DNA from: Campylobacteraceae bacterium
Lineage (GTDB): Bacteria; Campylobacterota; Campylobacteria; Campylobacterales; Sulfurovaceae
Length of the DNA stretch: 64,000 bases
Assembly: GCA_027100635.1 (NCBI GenBank)
Contig: JAMOOQ010000051.1
Location: 4,459 to 68,458, forward strand
Direction of reading: 5' to 3'
The notes below the pieces were generated by a model. It did no database searches and had not been told where the DNA came from. It was given only the letters and a program-made list of their open reading frames with translations. The position numbers and the translations under genes were made by a program. This document shows, piece after piece, positions 37,236 through 46,148 of the stretch. Position 1 is the first letter of the stretch, and every line of letters starts with the position of its first letter.

Positions 37236-39813
37236 AGTTAAAATCCTAGAAATAGCTGCTGAGGCAGGGAAATCTAATGCAGTTTTATTAGCAAAGGCTA
37301 AGGAGTTAGGTTTTGATGTAAAAGTTGCAAATAGCACTATTAGCTTAGAACAAGCAGATATTTTAGTAAACTATGCAATTGATGGTAAATTACCTGACGG
37401 ATTTAAAAAACCTGTTAAGAAATCAAAAATAACTGTAAGTAAAAAAATTAAAGTTGAGTTAAAGCCTGTTGAAAAAGAGGTAAAAGTAGAAGATAAAGAG
37501 GTTTCTAAAGAGGAAGCTAAAAAAACTGTGGTTGAAAAATCAGGTGAAACTACTGAGAAAACTAAAGAAGTAGAGAATAAGCCTAAGAAGTTAGGTATTA
37601 GAAAAAAATCTTTATCTCGTGGTGGAATTACAATTGTAAGAAAAGCAAAACCAAAACCTTCAAGAGATCTTTATGGCAGATCAAGTGATAGAAAAGGTCT
37701 TTCTTTACCAAAAAATAGTATTCCATCTGTTGCAAAAAAGAAAAAGCCTAAAAAAGGTGCAACTGCTAAAGATACTGGTACAAAATTAGATCTTATTGGT
37801 GGAGGTGGTTTTGGAACTGGTGTTGAACTATTTGCAGAACAAGAGGTAGTATTACTGGATTTCTCTGATAAGAATATATATGAAGATATGAAAAAACAAG
37901 AGCAAAAGAGAAAAGAAGAGGCTAAGAAAAGAAATCTTGGAGCAACAAATAATAGATTTGGTGGTAATAATTATAATAGAAAAAGAAGCATCAAAAGAGG
38001 TAGTAATAAAAAGAAAAACTATAATAAAGTAGAAGAAAATGTTGTAGTTAGCTCTATTGAAATTCCAGAAGATGTAAGAGTATATGAATTTGCAGAAAAA
38101 GTTGGTAGAAATGTAGGTGAAGTTATTAAAGTTTTATTTACTTTAGGAACAATGGTTACAAAAAATGGATTCTTAGATAAAGATGATATTGAGATTTTAG
38201 CAGAAGAGTTTGAGGTTGAAGTAACAACTATTAATCCACTTGATAAATTAGATTATACTGCTTCTTATGATGCAGAAGAGATAGCAGAAGAAGATTTAGA
38301 AGAGAGACCACCGGTTGTAACAATTATGGGTCATGTTGATCATGGTAAAACGTCACTTTTAGATAAAATTCGTTCAACAAAAGTTGTGGATAAAGAAGCA
38401 GGTGGTATTACTCAGCATGTTGGAGCTTATCAAGTAACAAAAAATGATAAAAAAATAACATTTATTGATACTCCAGGACATGCTGCCTTTACAGAGATGA
38501 GAGCAAGAGGAACACAGGCAACTGATATTGTAATTATTGTTATTGCTGCTGATGATGGGATTAAACCACAAACAAAAGAGGCAATTTCTCATGCAAAAGC
38601 TGCAAAAGTGCCAGTTATTGTTGCTATCACAAAAATAGATAAAGAATCAGCTAATATTGATATGGTTAAATCTCAATTATCAGAACATGATCTTTTAACT
38701 GTTGATTGGGGTGGAGAGATTGAATCAGCAAATGTATCTTCTCATACAGGGGAAGGACTTGATGATTTGCTTGATATTATTTTAATCCAAGCAGAATTAA
38801 TGGAGCTTAAAGCTTCTCCTAATAGAAAAGCAAAAGCTATTGTAATTGAGAGTTCTTTAGAGAAAGGATTTGGACCAGTTGCAAATGTTATTATTAAAGA
38901 TGGAACTTTAAAAGTTGGTGATAATATTATTGTGGGGACAACTTATGGTCGTGTTAGAACATTAGTTAATGATCATGGAATAAATGTTAAATCAATCGGA
39001 CCTAGTACTCCTGCATCTGTTATGGGATTAAATGAAGTACCAACTGCTGGTGAGATTATGTTATCTATGGAAGTTGAAAAAGAGATTAAAGAGTTAGCAC
39101 AAGCAAGAGCTGATCATGCAAGAGCAAAAGAGTTATCAAAAAGTACAAAAGCTACTCTTGATGATCTTTCATCTTTAATTGCAGAGGGGCAACTTAAATC
39201 ATTACCTATTATCATTAAGACTGATGTTCAAGGTTCTTTAGAAGCGATTAAAGGAAGTTTGAAAAAACTTAGAAATGAAGAGGTAAAAGTTAATATTATC
39301 CATGAAGGTGTGGGTGGTGTTACAGAAAGTGATGTTGCTTTAGCAGATGCTAGTGAACATGCTGTTATCTTAGGATTTAATGTTCGTCCAACAGGAAGTG
39401 TTAAAAAACGAGCAAAAGAACTTAATGTTGAGATTAAATCGTACTCTATTATTTATGAACTTATTGATGATGTTAAAGCTTTTTTAAGTGGAATGATGAG
39501 TCCTATTGTTTCAGAAGAGGTAACAGGTCAAGCAGAAGTAAGAGAAACATTTACAGTTGATAAAGTTGGTACAATTGCTGGATGTAAAGTAACTGATGGT
39601 AGCATTATTAGAGGTGGAGGAGCAAGACTTATCCGTGATGGTATTGTTATTTATGAAAGTACAATTAGCTCTCTAAAAAGATTTAATGATGATGCAAAAG
39701 AAGTTAAAAATGGTTATGAATGTGGTATTATGATTGCTAACTTTAATGATATAAAAGTTGGTGACTTTATTGAAACATTTAAAGAAGTAGAAGAACAAGC
39801 TAAGCTTGATTAA
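37228..39813 (+). CDS. infB: Translation initiation factor IF-2
   Basis: Lys-rich N-terminus and G domain 'GHVDHGKTSLLD', 'DTPGH', 'TKID'. 861 aa. Confidence 0.97.
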   Translation: MNKVKILEIAAEAGKSNAVLLAKAKELGFDVKVANSTISLEQADILVNYAIDGKLPDGFKKPVKKSKITVSKKIKVELKPVEKEVKVEDKEVSKEEAKKTVVEKSGETTEKTKEVENKPKKLGIRKKSLSRGGITIVRKAKPKPSRDLYGRSSDRKGLSLPKNSIPSVAKKKKPKKGATAKDTGTKLDLIGGGGFGTGVELFAEQEVVLLDFSDKNIYEDMKKQEQKRKEEAKKRNLGATNNRFGGNNYNRKRSIKRGSNKKKNYNKVEENVVVSSIEIPEDVRVYEFAEKVGRNVGEVIKVLFTLGTMVTKNGFLDKDDIEILAEEFEVEVTTINPLDKLDYTASYDAEEIAEEDLEERPPVVTIMGHVDHGKTSLLDKIRSTKVVDKEAGGITQHVGAYQVTKNDKKITFIDTPGHAAFTEMRARGTQATDIVIIVIAADDGIKPQTKEAISHAKAAKVPVIVAITKIDKESANIDMVKSQLSEHDLLTVDWGGEIESANVSSHTGEGLDDLLDIILIQAELMELKASPNRKAKAIVIESSLEKGFGPVANVIIKDGTLKVGDNIIVGTTYGRVRTLVNDHGINVKSIGPSTPASVMGLNEVPTAGEIMLSMEVEKEIKELAQARADHARAKELSKSTKATLDDLSSLIAEGQLKSLPIIIKTDVQGSLEAIKGSLKKLRNEEVKVNIIHEGVGGVTESDVALADASEHAVILGFNVRPTGSVKKRAKELNVEIKSYSIIYELIDDVKAFLSGMMSPIVSEEVTGQAEVRETFTVDKVGTIAGCKVTDGSIIRGGGARLIRDGIVIYESTISSLKRFNDDAKEVKNGYECGIMIANFNDIKVGDFIETFKEVEEQAKLD

Positions 39814-39838
39814 TTTTTTATAGGTAAAAGGGAATAGT

Positions 39839-40867
39839 ATGTCAAACTGTAAAAAAATAGCATTTTTTAATCATAAAGGTGGAGTTAGCAAGACAACAAC
39901 AGTATTTAATCTTGGTTGGATGTTGGCTTCTAAAGGTAAGAAAGTTATTATGATTGATGCTGATTCCCAATGTAACTTAACTGGTATGGTTATGGGTTTT
40001 AAAGGATTAGATGAGTTGTCTGATAATAAAAATAATATTAAAGATGCATTATCTTATGCTTTTGAATCTGTGCCTAGAGTTATTGAACCTGTAGAGTGTT
40101 TTGAGATAGATAATAGAAAAAATTTATATTTAATGCCTGGAAATATAAAATTTGCAGAGTATGATATTACTTTAGGAATGGCTCAAACTCTTTCAGATAC
40201 AATGATTACTTTACAAAATTTACCTGGGGCAATTAATTATCTTTTAGATAAAACAGCTAAAAAATATGATGCTGATTATATTTTAATAGATATGAGTCCT
40301 TCACTTAGTTCTATTAATCAAAATTTGTTTATGATTAGTGACTATTTTACAATTCCTACAGCACCAGATTATTTTTCTGTAATGGCATTAGAATCGTTAT
40401 CAAATATTTTACCAAAATGGTATAAGCAATCATTAAAATTACAAAATAATGAGATATTACAAGATGCTGTATATAAATTTCCAAATAAAACTCCAAAGTT
40501 TTTAGGTAATATTATTCAACAATTTAATGTTAGAAATAATCAACCCACTAGAGGTTTTAAAAAATGGTTTGATAAAATTAATGAGTACACAAATGATAAA
40601 TTTATACCAGCATTAAAAAAAGAATCTATGTTATTAGATAGTAGTTATTATATTGATAAAAATTATATTTTATCAGAAATAAAAAATTTTAATAGTTTAA
40701 TAACTTATGCACAAGAGCATAATAAACCAGTATTTGCACTAACAAAAGATAACTTAGGACAATCAGGTCATATTTTAACAAGTTCAGAAGGAAGTATCGA
40801 AAATTTTAGAGAACTTTTTTCTAATTTAGCAGATAATATTATGAGAATGACAGATGATAAATGCTAA
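39839..40867 (+). CDS. ParA/Soj/MinD-superfamily ATPase (deviant Walker A)
   Basis: 'IAFFNHKGGVSKTTTVFNLG' (KGGxxK[ST]), 'IMIDADSQCNLT', Walker B 'YILIDMSP'. Has an extra ~130-aa C-terminal extension. Confidence 0.8.
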   Translation: MSNCKKIAFFNHKGGVSKTTTVFNLGWMLASKGKKVIMIDADSQCNLTGMVMGFKGLDELSDNKNNIKDALSYAFESVPRVIEPVECFEIDNRKNLYLMPGNIKFAEYDITLGMAQTLSDTMITLQNLPGAINYLLDKTAKKYDADYILIDMSPSLSSINQNLFMISDYFTIPTAPDYFSVMALESLSNILPKWYKQSLKLQNNEILQDAVYKFPNKTPKFLGNIIQQFNVRNNQPTRGFKKWFDKINEYTNDKFIPALKKESMLLDSSYYIDKNYILSEIKNFNSLITYAQEHNKPVFALTKDNLGQSGHILTSSEGSIENFRELFSNLADNIMRMTDDKC

Positions 40868-41465
40868 ACAACATTTTGAACAAAATATTATAAGAGTTAA
40901 AAGCTTAGGAGCAATTTATCAAAGTATAAATTCACAAACTATACAAATCCTAGATTTAAGTGATATCTTAAGGGCTCAATATGTAATGTTAGTTAGTGCT
41001 TTAGATCATTTTATACATGAAGTTGTTAGAATTGGAATGATTGAGATATATAATAATAAGCGAAAAGCTACAAAAAATTTTAAAGTTTTTGTATTTAATT
41101 TAGATAAAGAGATTTTATTTAAAAAAGCTATTATGGAAGAGAAAAATGATAATTGGTTAGATTATCAAATAAGATATAAAAATGGTTTTAAAAGTTTTCA
41201 AGAAGCAGATAAAATAAAAGAGGCTATGTTTTTAATTATTGAAACTGATATATGGGAAGATATAGATAAAAATATTATAAATTCAAAACAGTACCTAAAT
41301 TTAATAGTAAAAAGAAGAAATCAGATAGCACATGAAGCTGATATTGAACCAATAAATCAAGAGTTACGAGATATACATTTAGATGATATAAAGAATTCAA
41401 TTGAATTTATAGAAGATTTAGTTAAAATAATATATAAAGTAGTGAGTAAAAAATATGACAAATGA
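40854..41465 (+). CDS. HEPN-like protein (Rx4H motif)
   Basis: All-helical-looking 203-aa protein with 'VKRRNQIAHEAD' (R-x4-H) near the C-terminus. Overlaps the ParA-like gene by 14 nt and rbfA by 11 nt. Confidence 0.55.
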   Translation: MINAKQHFEQNIIRVKSLGAIYQSINSQTIQILDLSDILRAQYVMLVSALDHFIHEVVRIGMIEIYNNKRKATKNFKVFVFNLDKEILFKKAIMEEKNDNWLDYQIRYKNGFKSFQEADKIKEAMFLIIETDIWEDIDKNIINSKQYLNLIVKRRNQIAHEADIEPINQELRDIHLDDIKNSIEFIEDLVKIIYKVVSKKYDK

Positions 41466-41829
41466 ACAGATAAAAAGAAAAAGAGTTGAATCTGTTTTAA
41501 GAGAGATTCTTCCTGAGGCCTTAAGTGGTCTTAGTGATAGCAGAATCAACTCTCTTTTAGTTACAGAGGTTGTATGTTCAAAGGGTAGAAGCAATGCTAA
41601 AGTATATTTAGATAAAGCTTTTATGGATGAACAAGAGCAAAATGAAGCTCTTAGACAACTAAGAAAAGTTGGTGCATATCTTCAAAATCATTGTAAACAG
41701 AGTGAGGGTTGGTTTAAAGCTCCTATTTTTACATTTGAATTTGATGATCAATTAGCACATCAAACAAAAATGGATAATTTATTTAAAAAAATAAGTCAAA
41801 AAAATCCAATTGATAAAATGGAGCAATAA
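41455..41829 (+). CDS. rbfA: Ribosome-binding factor A
   Basis: 'RKRVESVLREILPEAL...VTEVVCSKGRSNAKVYL', 124 aa. Confidence 0.9.
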   Translation: MTNEQIKRKRVESVLREILPEALSGLSDSRINSLLVTEVVCSKGRSNAKVYLDKAFMDEQEQNEALRQLRKVGAYLQNHCKQSEGWFKAPIFTFEFDDQLAHQTKMDNLFKKISQKNPIDKMEQ

Positions 41830-42260
41830 TGAATCTTGAAGCTGAAATAGAAAAAATTGTTAAAGCAAATGATGCAAATTTTTATGATACAGAGATTGTT
41901 ACAGAAGAAGATGGTACAATATTTAGAATTTATATCACTCAAGAAGGTGGTATAAGCTTAGATACTTGTGCTAAAATTTCAAGAGAATTATCTCCATTTT
42001 TAGATGTATATCCACCAATGAGTAACCATTATAGATTAGAGGTAAGTTCTCCAGGGATTGAAAGAAAACTTATAAAATTATCTCATTTTAAATCTGCAAT
42101 TGGTGAAAAAGTGAAAACAAGAGTTTTAGGTATTGGAAAAGTAAAAGGTATACTTAAAATTGCTGATAAAGATAGTTTTGTTCTTGAAACTAAAAATGGT
42201 GAAGAGAGATTTAAGTATAGTGATTTAGGAACAACTAAAACTTACTATGAATGGAACTGA
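41829..42260 (+). CDS. rimP: Ribosome maturation factor RimP
   Basis: 'RLEVSSPGIERKL' motif, 143 aa. Confidence 0.85.
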   Translation: MNLEAEIEKIVKANDANFYDTEIVTEEDGTIFRIYITQEGGISLDTCAKISRELSPFLDVYPPMSNHYRLEVSSPGIERKLIKLSHFKSAIGEKVKTRVLGIGKVKGILKIADKDSFVLETKNGEERFKYSDLGTTKTYYEWN

Positions 42261-43263
42261 TGATAACTTTTTAATGAATTTAGCCATTAACAAAGCGTGG
42301 CAATTTCAAGGATTAACTTATCCAAATCCTGCTGTTGGTGCAGTACTTATAGATTCTAATGGTAAGATTTTATCAATAGAGGCTCATCAAAAAGCTGGAA
42401 CTTCTCATGCAGAGGTTTTAGCATTAATCAAAGCATATCAAGAGATAACAAGTTCTTTAGTAGATATAGATATATTTGATGCAAATATCACACATAAATT
42501 TTTATTAGATAATGCAAAAGATATATTTTGTGAATGTACTATTTTTGTTACACTAGAACCATGCTCACATCATGGTAAAACTCCATCTTGTGCCTCACTC
42601 TTATCTATCTTAAATATTAAAAAAGTTGTAATTGCTACACTTGACCCAATAAAACCTCATAGTGGTGGAATTGATATTTTAAAACAAAAAAATATTCAAG
42701 TTAAAATAGGGGTTGAAGAGCAAAAAGCAAAAGATTTAATTGAACCTTTTAGAATATGGCAAGACCGTGCTTTTATAATTTTTAAAATAGCTCAGACAAC
42801 TAATGGTAAAATTGGTGGTGGATATTTAAGCTCAAAAGAATCTTTAATTCATACTCATAAACTTAGAAATATTTGTGATAAAATGCTTATCGGTGGAAAT
42901 ACGGTTAGAGTTGATAGACCAACTCTTGATTGTAGATATATTAAACAACCAGCCCCTAATCTTTATATATATTCAAAACAAGATAACTTTAGTAAAGATA
43001 TCCCACTTTTTAATATAAAAAATAGAGAGGTTAGAATAGGTGATAATTTAGATTTTTTAGATAAACCATCATTTATTTTAGTTGAAGGTGGAAGTGGAAT
43101 GATTAATGCAATAAAAGATAAAATAGATTGGCTTTTAATCTATCAAACTCCAAAACTATCAACTAATATATTAAATTATAATGTTGATATAGAATTAGAA
43201 TTTTTAAAATATCAAGAATTATCAGTAGATTTAATAAACTGGTGTAGAGTTATTAAAGAGTAA
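42247..43263 (+). CDS. ribD: Riboflavin biosynthesis deaminase/reductase
   Basis: Deaminase zinc motifs 'HAEVLAL' and 'PCSHHGKTPSC', plus a reductase C-domain. Confidence 0.9.
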   Translation: MNGTDDNFLMNLAINKAWQFQGLTYPNPAVGAVLIDSNGKILSIEAHQKAGTSHAEVLALIKAYQEITSSLVDIDIFDANITHKFLLDNAKDIFCECTIFVTLEPCSHHGKTPSCASLLSILNIKKVVIATLDPIKPHSGGIDILKQKNIQVKIGVEEQKAKDLIEPFRIWQDRAFIIFKIAQTTNGKIGGGYLSSKESLIHTHKLRNICDKMLIGGNTVRVDRPTLDCRYIKQPAPNLYIYSKQDNFSKDIPLFNIKNREVRIGDNLDFLDKPSFILVEGGSGMINAIKDKIDWLLIYQTPKLSTNILNYNVDIELEFLKYQELSVDLINWCRVIKE

Positions 43264-43306
43264 TAGATTATAATATAAAAAATAAAATTAAGAAAGAGAG
43301 AATAAT

Positions 43307-44341
43307 ATGAGAAAATATAATATAGCCGTAGTAGGTGCAACAGGAGCTGTTGGAGAAGAGCTTTTTGAGGTCTTAAAACAAAGAGATTTCCCTGTTGCAA
43401 GTTTATTACCACTAGCGAGTAAAAGTAGTGCTGGTAAATTAATAGAGTTTAATGGGATACAATATAAAATAGAGGAACTTACAGAAGATGTTTTTATAGA
43501 TAGAGATATTGATATAGCATTTTTTAGTGCAGGGGGAAGTATCTCTGCTAAATTTGCAAAATATGCTGTTGAGAGTGGAGCAGTTGTGATTGATAATACT
43601 AGTCACTTTAGAATGATGGATAATATTCCTCTTGTAGTTCCAGAGGTTAATCCAGAAGATATTGCCCATTGGGAAGAGACTGGAATTATCGCTAATCCAA
43701 ACTGTTCAACTATCCAAATGGTTCAATTATTAAAGCCTTTGCATGATCTGTATGGTATTAAAAGAGTTGATGTTAGCACATATCAAGCAACTTCTGGAGC
43801 AGGGAAAGCAGGGATGCAAGAGCTTGTTAAGCAGATGGAAGAGTTTTTTAATTTTAAATTAGACCAAACTAAAGTTGAAGCATTTTCTCATCAAATTGCA
43901 CTTAATGTTATTCCCCATATTGATACTCCACAAGAAAATGGTTATACAAAAGAGGAGATGAAAATGGTAAATGAAACAGCTAAAATTATGCACTCTGATT
44001 TTGCAGTTTCAGCAACTTGTGTAAGAGTTCCAGTATTGCGAAGTCATTCTGAGTCAATAACAATACATTTTGGTGATGATATTGTAGTTGATGTAGATAA
44101 AGCAAGAGAGGTGTTAGATAATTTTGAAAATGTGACTTTAATGGATGATTTAGCAAATAATCAATATCCAATGCCAATAACTTCTACAGATACGGATGAA
44201 ACTTATGTTGGAAGAGTTAGAAAAGATATATTTGCAGATAATATATTGCATATTTGGGGTGTTGCTGATCAAATAAGAGTAGGCGCTGCAACTAATTCAA
44301 TTAGAATTGCAGAAAAATGGATAAAGTTAGAGGATATATAA
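43307..44341 (+). CDS. asd: Aspartate-semialdehyde dehydrogenase
   Basis: 'VVGATGAVG', 'NPNCSTI', 'SGAG'. Confidence 0.95.
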   Translation: MRKYNIAVVGATGAVGEELFEVLKQRDFPVASLLPLASKSSAGKLIEFNGIQYKIEELTEDVFIDRDIDIAFFSAGGSISAKFAKYAVESGAVVIDNTSHFRMMDNIPLVVPEVNPEDIAHWEETGIIANPNCSTIQMVQLLKPLHDLYGIKRVDVSTYQATSGAGKAGMQELVKQMEEFFNFKLDQTKVEAFSHQIALNVIPHIDTPQENGYTKEEMKMVNETAKIMHSDFAVSATCVRVPVLRSHSESITIHFGDDIVVDVDKAREVLDNFENVTLMDDLANNQYPMPITSTDTDETYVGRVRKDIFADNILHIWGVADQIRVGAATNSIRIAEKWIKLEDI

Positions 44342-44344
44342 ATT

Positions 44345-44863
44345 ATGATGAAAAAGATTGAACTTATTTTTGAAAGTATTCTATGGAATACACGATTTTT
44401 TGTCTTATTGGCTGTAATATTTTCTATCTTAGGTGGAATTTCTCTTTTTGTAGTAGCAAGTGTAGATATTCTTGATACATTTACAAGTGTAATAAATACA
44501 TATTGGAATCATCTTCACCCAGAACATTTTCATGAAAATATTGTAAGTTCTCTAATTGGTGCAGTGGATTTATATCTTATTGCAATAGTTATGTTTATTT
44601 TTGCTTTTGGATTATATGAACTGTTTATCTCAGAAATTGATATAGCTCAAAATACAAGCTCTTCTAAAATATTAGAGATACACTCATTAGATGAATTAAA
44701 AGATAAACTTGGAAAAGTTATTATAATGGTTCTTGTGGTTAATTTCTTTCAAAGAGTACTTCATACTTCATATAGTGGAGCACTAGAGATGATGTATTTG
44801 TCAATCTCAATTTTGGCTTTAGCATTGGGACTTTATTTTTTACATAAGGGTAATAAACACTAA
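44345..44863 (+). CDS. YqhA/UPF0114 family membrane protein
   Basis: N-terminal 'ESILWNTRFFVLLAVIFS' and a 4-TM layout typical of UPF0114. Confidence 0.7.
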   Translation: MMKKIELIFESILWNTRFFVLLAVIFSILGGISLFVVASVDILDTFTSVINTYWNHLHPEHFHENIVSSLIGAVDLYLIAIVMFIFAFGLYELFISEIDIAQNTSSSKILEIHSLDELKDKLGKVIIMVLVVNFFQRVLHTSYSGALEMMYLSISILALALGLYFLHKGNKH

Positions 44864-44871
44864 ATAATTTT

Positions 44872-44966
44872 AGATTCTGTGTCAAGCACAGAATGACAAT
44901 CGTTTGTTCTTCCGAATTTAATTTGGAGTAATGATTCTTTGTCATTCTAAATTTAATTCAGAATCT
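44872..44966. repeat. About 95-nt nested imperfect palindrome in a convergent intergenic region
   Basis: Paired arms: agattctg (44872-79) with cagaatct (44959-66), and gaatgacaa (44891-99) with ttgtcattc (44939-47). Also a local hairpin attctgtg-tcaag-cacagaat (44874-94). Confidence 0.6.
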
Positions 44967-44970
44967 AATT

Positions 44971-45078
44971 TTGAAAGAAATTTACTAAACTTCTTTCAAC
45001 ACTCATCGGAAGTGATGGCTTCAGCCTCACAAAAAGTGGAGCTAAAGTAGCAATCTCCTGAGTCTTAAAGAAAGTCTA
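44971..45078. repeat. Structured intergenic repeat, family 1 copy D, with an extra 9-bp hairpin
   Basis: ttgaaagaa (44971-79) pairs with ttctttcaa (44991-99). Then 'aacactcatcggaagtgatggcttcagcctc...ggagctaaagta...ctcctgagtcttaaagaaagtcta'. Ends 1 nt from the desaturase stop. Confidence 0.7.
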
Positions 45079-45079
45079 T

Positions 45080-46042
45080 TTAATAATTTTTAATTGCATC
45101 ATTAATTTGAATATATGCTTCTATTGGTGTCGTTTCAAAATATTTAATATTATGCTCTTTTGCAAAATCTCTAGTCATATTTTGTATTTTTAAAAGATTA
45201 AATCTTGGTGCTTTTGGAAATAGATGATGTTCTATTTGAGTATTTAATCCACCATAAAACCAATGAATAAATGCACCACCTTTTAAAGAACGGCTTGTTC
45301 TCATCTGTAGTTCCATCCACGATAATTTTTTCCCCCCTTCTTCATCAAATACTTCACAACCGAGATGATTTGTTATAAATCCAAATGCTAACCAAGCTGA
45401 AAGTACAAAATATAAGGTTATAAAAACTGTAATTGCACTACTAAATGGTAAAATAGCAAACATAGAACCCCAAATAATTGGCCAATGAAGTAACATTAAA
45501 GCAAACTCACCATAAAGTTTTCTTTTTAATACAAAATTATAAGATTGAGCAATAAATGCTGGATACATAAAAAATAAAGAACCCCAAAATAAAAGATGTT
45601 TATATTTTCGTACAAAAGGACTATTACCTTTATTATTTGGTGTAAAAGCACCATCAAGAGCCATAATATCTTCATCTTTTGTAACTGTATTACAATATGT
45701 ATGGTGATTAATATTATGTTTAAAGTCCCACCAAGATGATGAATTACTAATAATAATAGCAGAAAATGGGTAGCTAAGCTTCATAGATAATGATTTATTT
45801 TTAAAATATTGTGTATGTAAAATATCATGAGATATAAAAACAGCACGAGTAAAAATAAGAGTCATAAAAAGACCAAGTAAAATTGGATTCCACATATTAG
45901 CAGTACTATAAGCAACAATAAGTGATACAATTACAGCAATCATCTCAATAGAACCACGAATAGGAACTCTATCAAGGAGACCAGCCTCACGTACTTTAGC
46001 CTTAAGCTCATCAAAATTATCTGGATAAGAAACAGTTGTCAT
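45080..46042 (-). CDS. Membrane fatty-acid desaturase
   Basis: Three His boxes: 'HDILH', 'HNINHH', 'HHLFP'. Confidence 0.85.
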   Translation of the reverse strand: MTTVSYPDNFDELKAKVREAGLLDRVPIRGSIEMIAVIVSLIVAYSTANMWNPILLGLFMTLIFTRAVFISHDILHTQYFKNKSLSMKLSYPFSAIIISNSSSWWDFKHNINHHTYCNTVTKDEDIMALDGAFTPNNKGNSPFVRKYKHLLFWGSLFFMYPAFIAQSYNFVLKRKLYGEFALMLLHWPIIWGSMFAILPFSSAITVFITLYFVLSAWLAFGFITNHLGCEVFDEEGGKKLSWMELQMRTSRSLKGGAFIHWFYGGLNTQIEHHLFPKAPRFNLLKIQNMTRDFAKEHNIKYFETTPIEAYIQINDAIKNY

Positions 46043-46148
46043 ATATAAACCTCCACAAGTTTCTTGTTATTATAGCGATAGATACTTATAATTTAGATAA
46101 CTCATATTTATTTAGAAGCTTATTTATTACAAATCTACCTTTTAGTAG

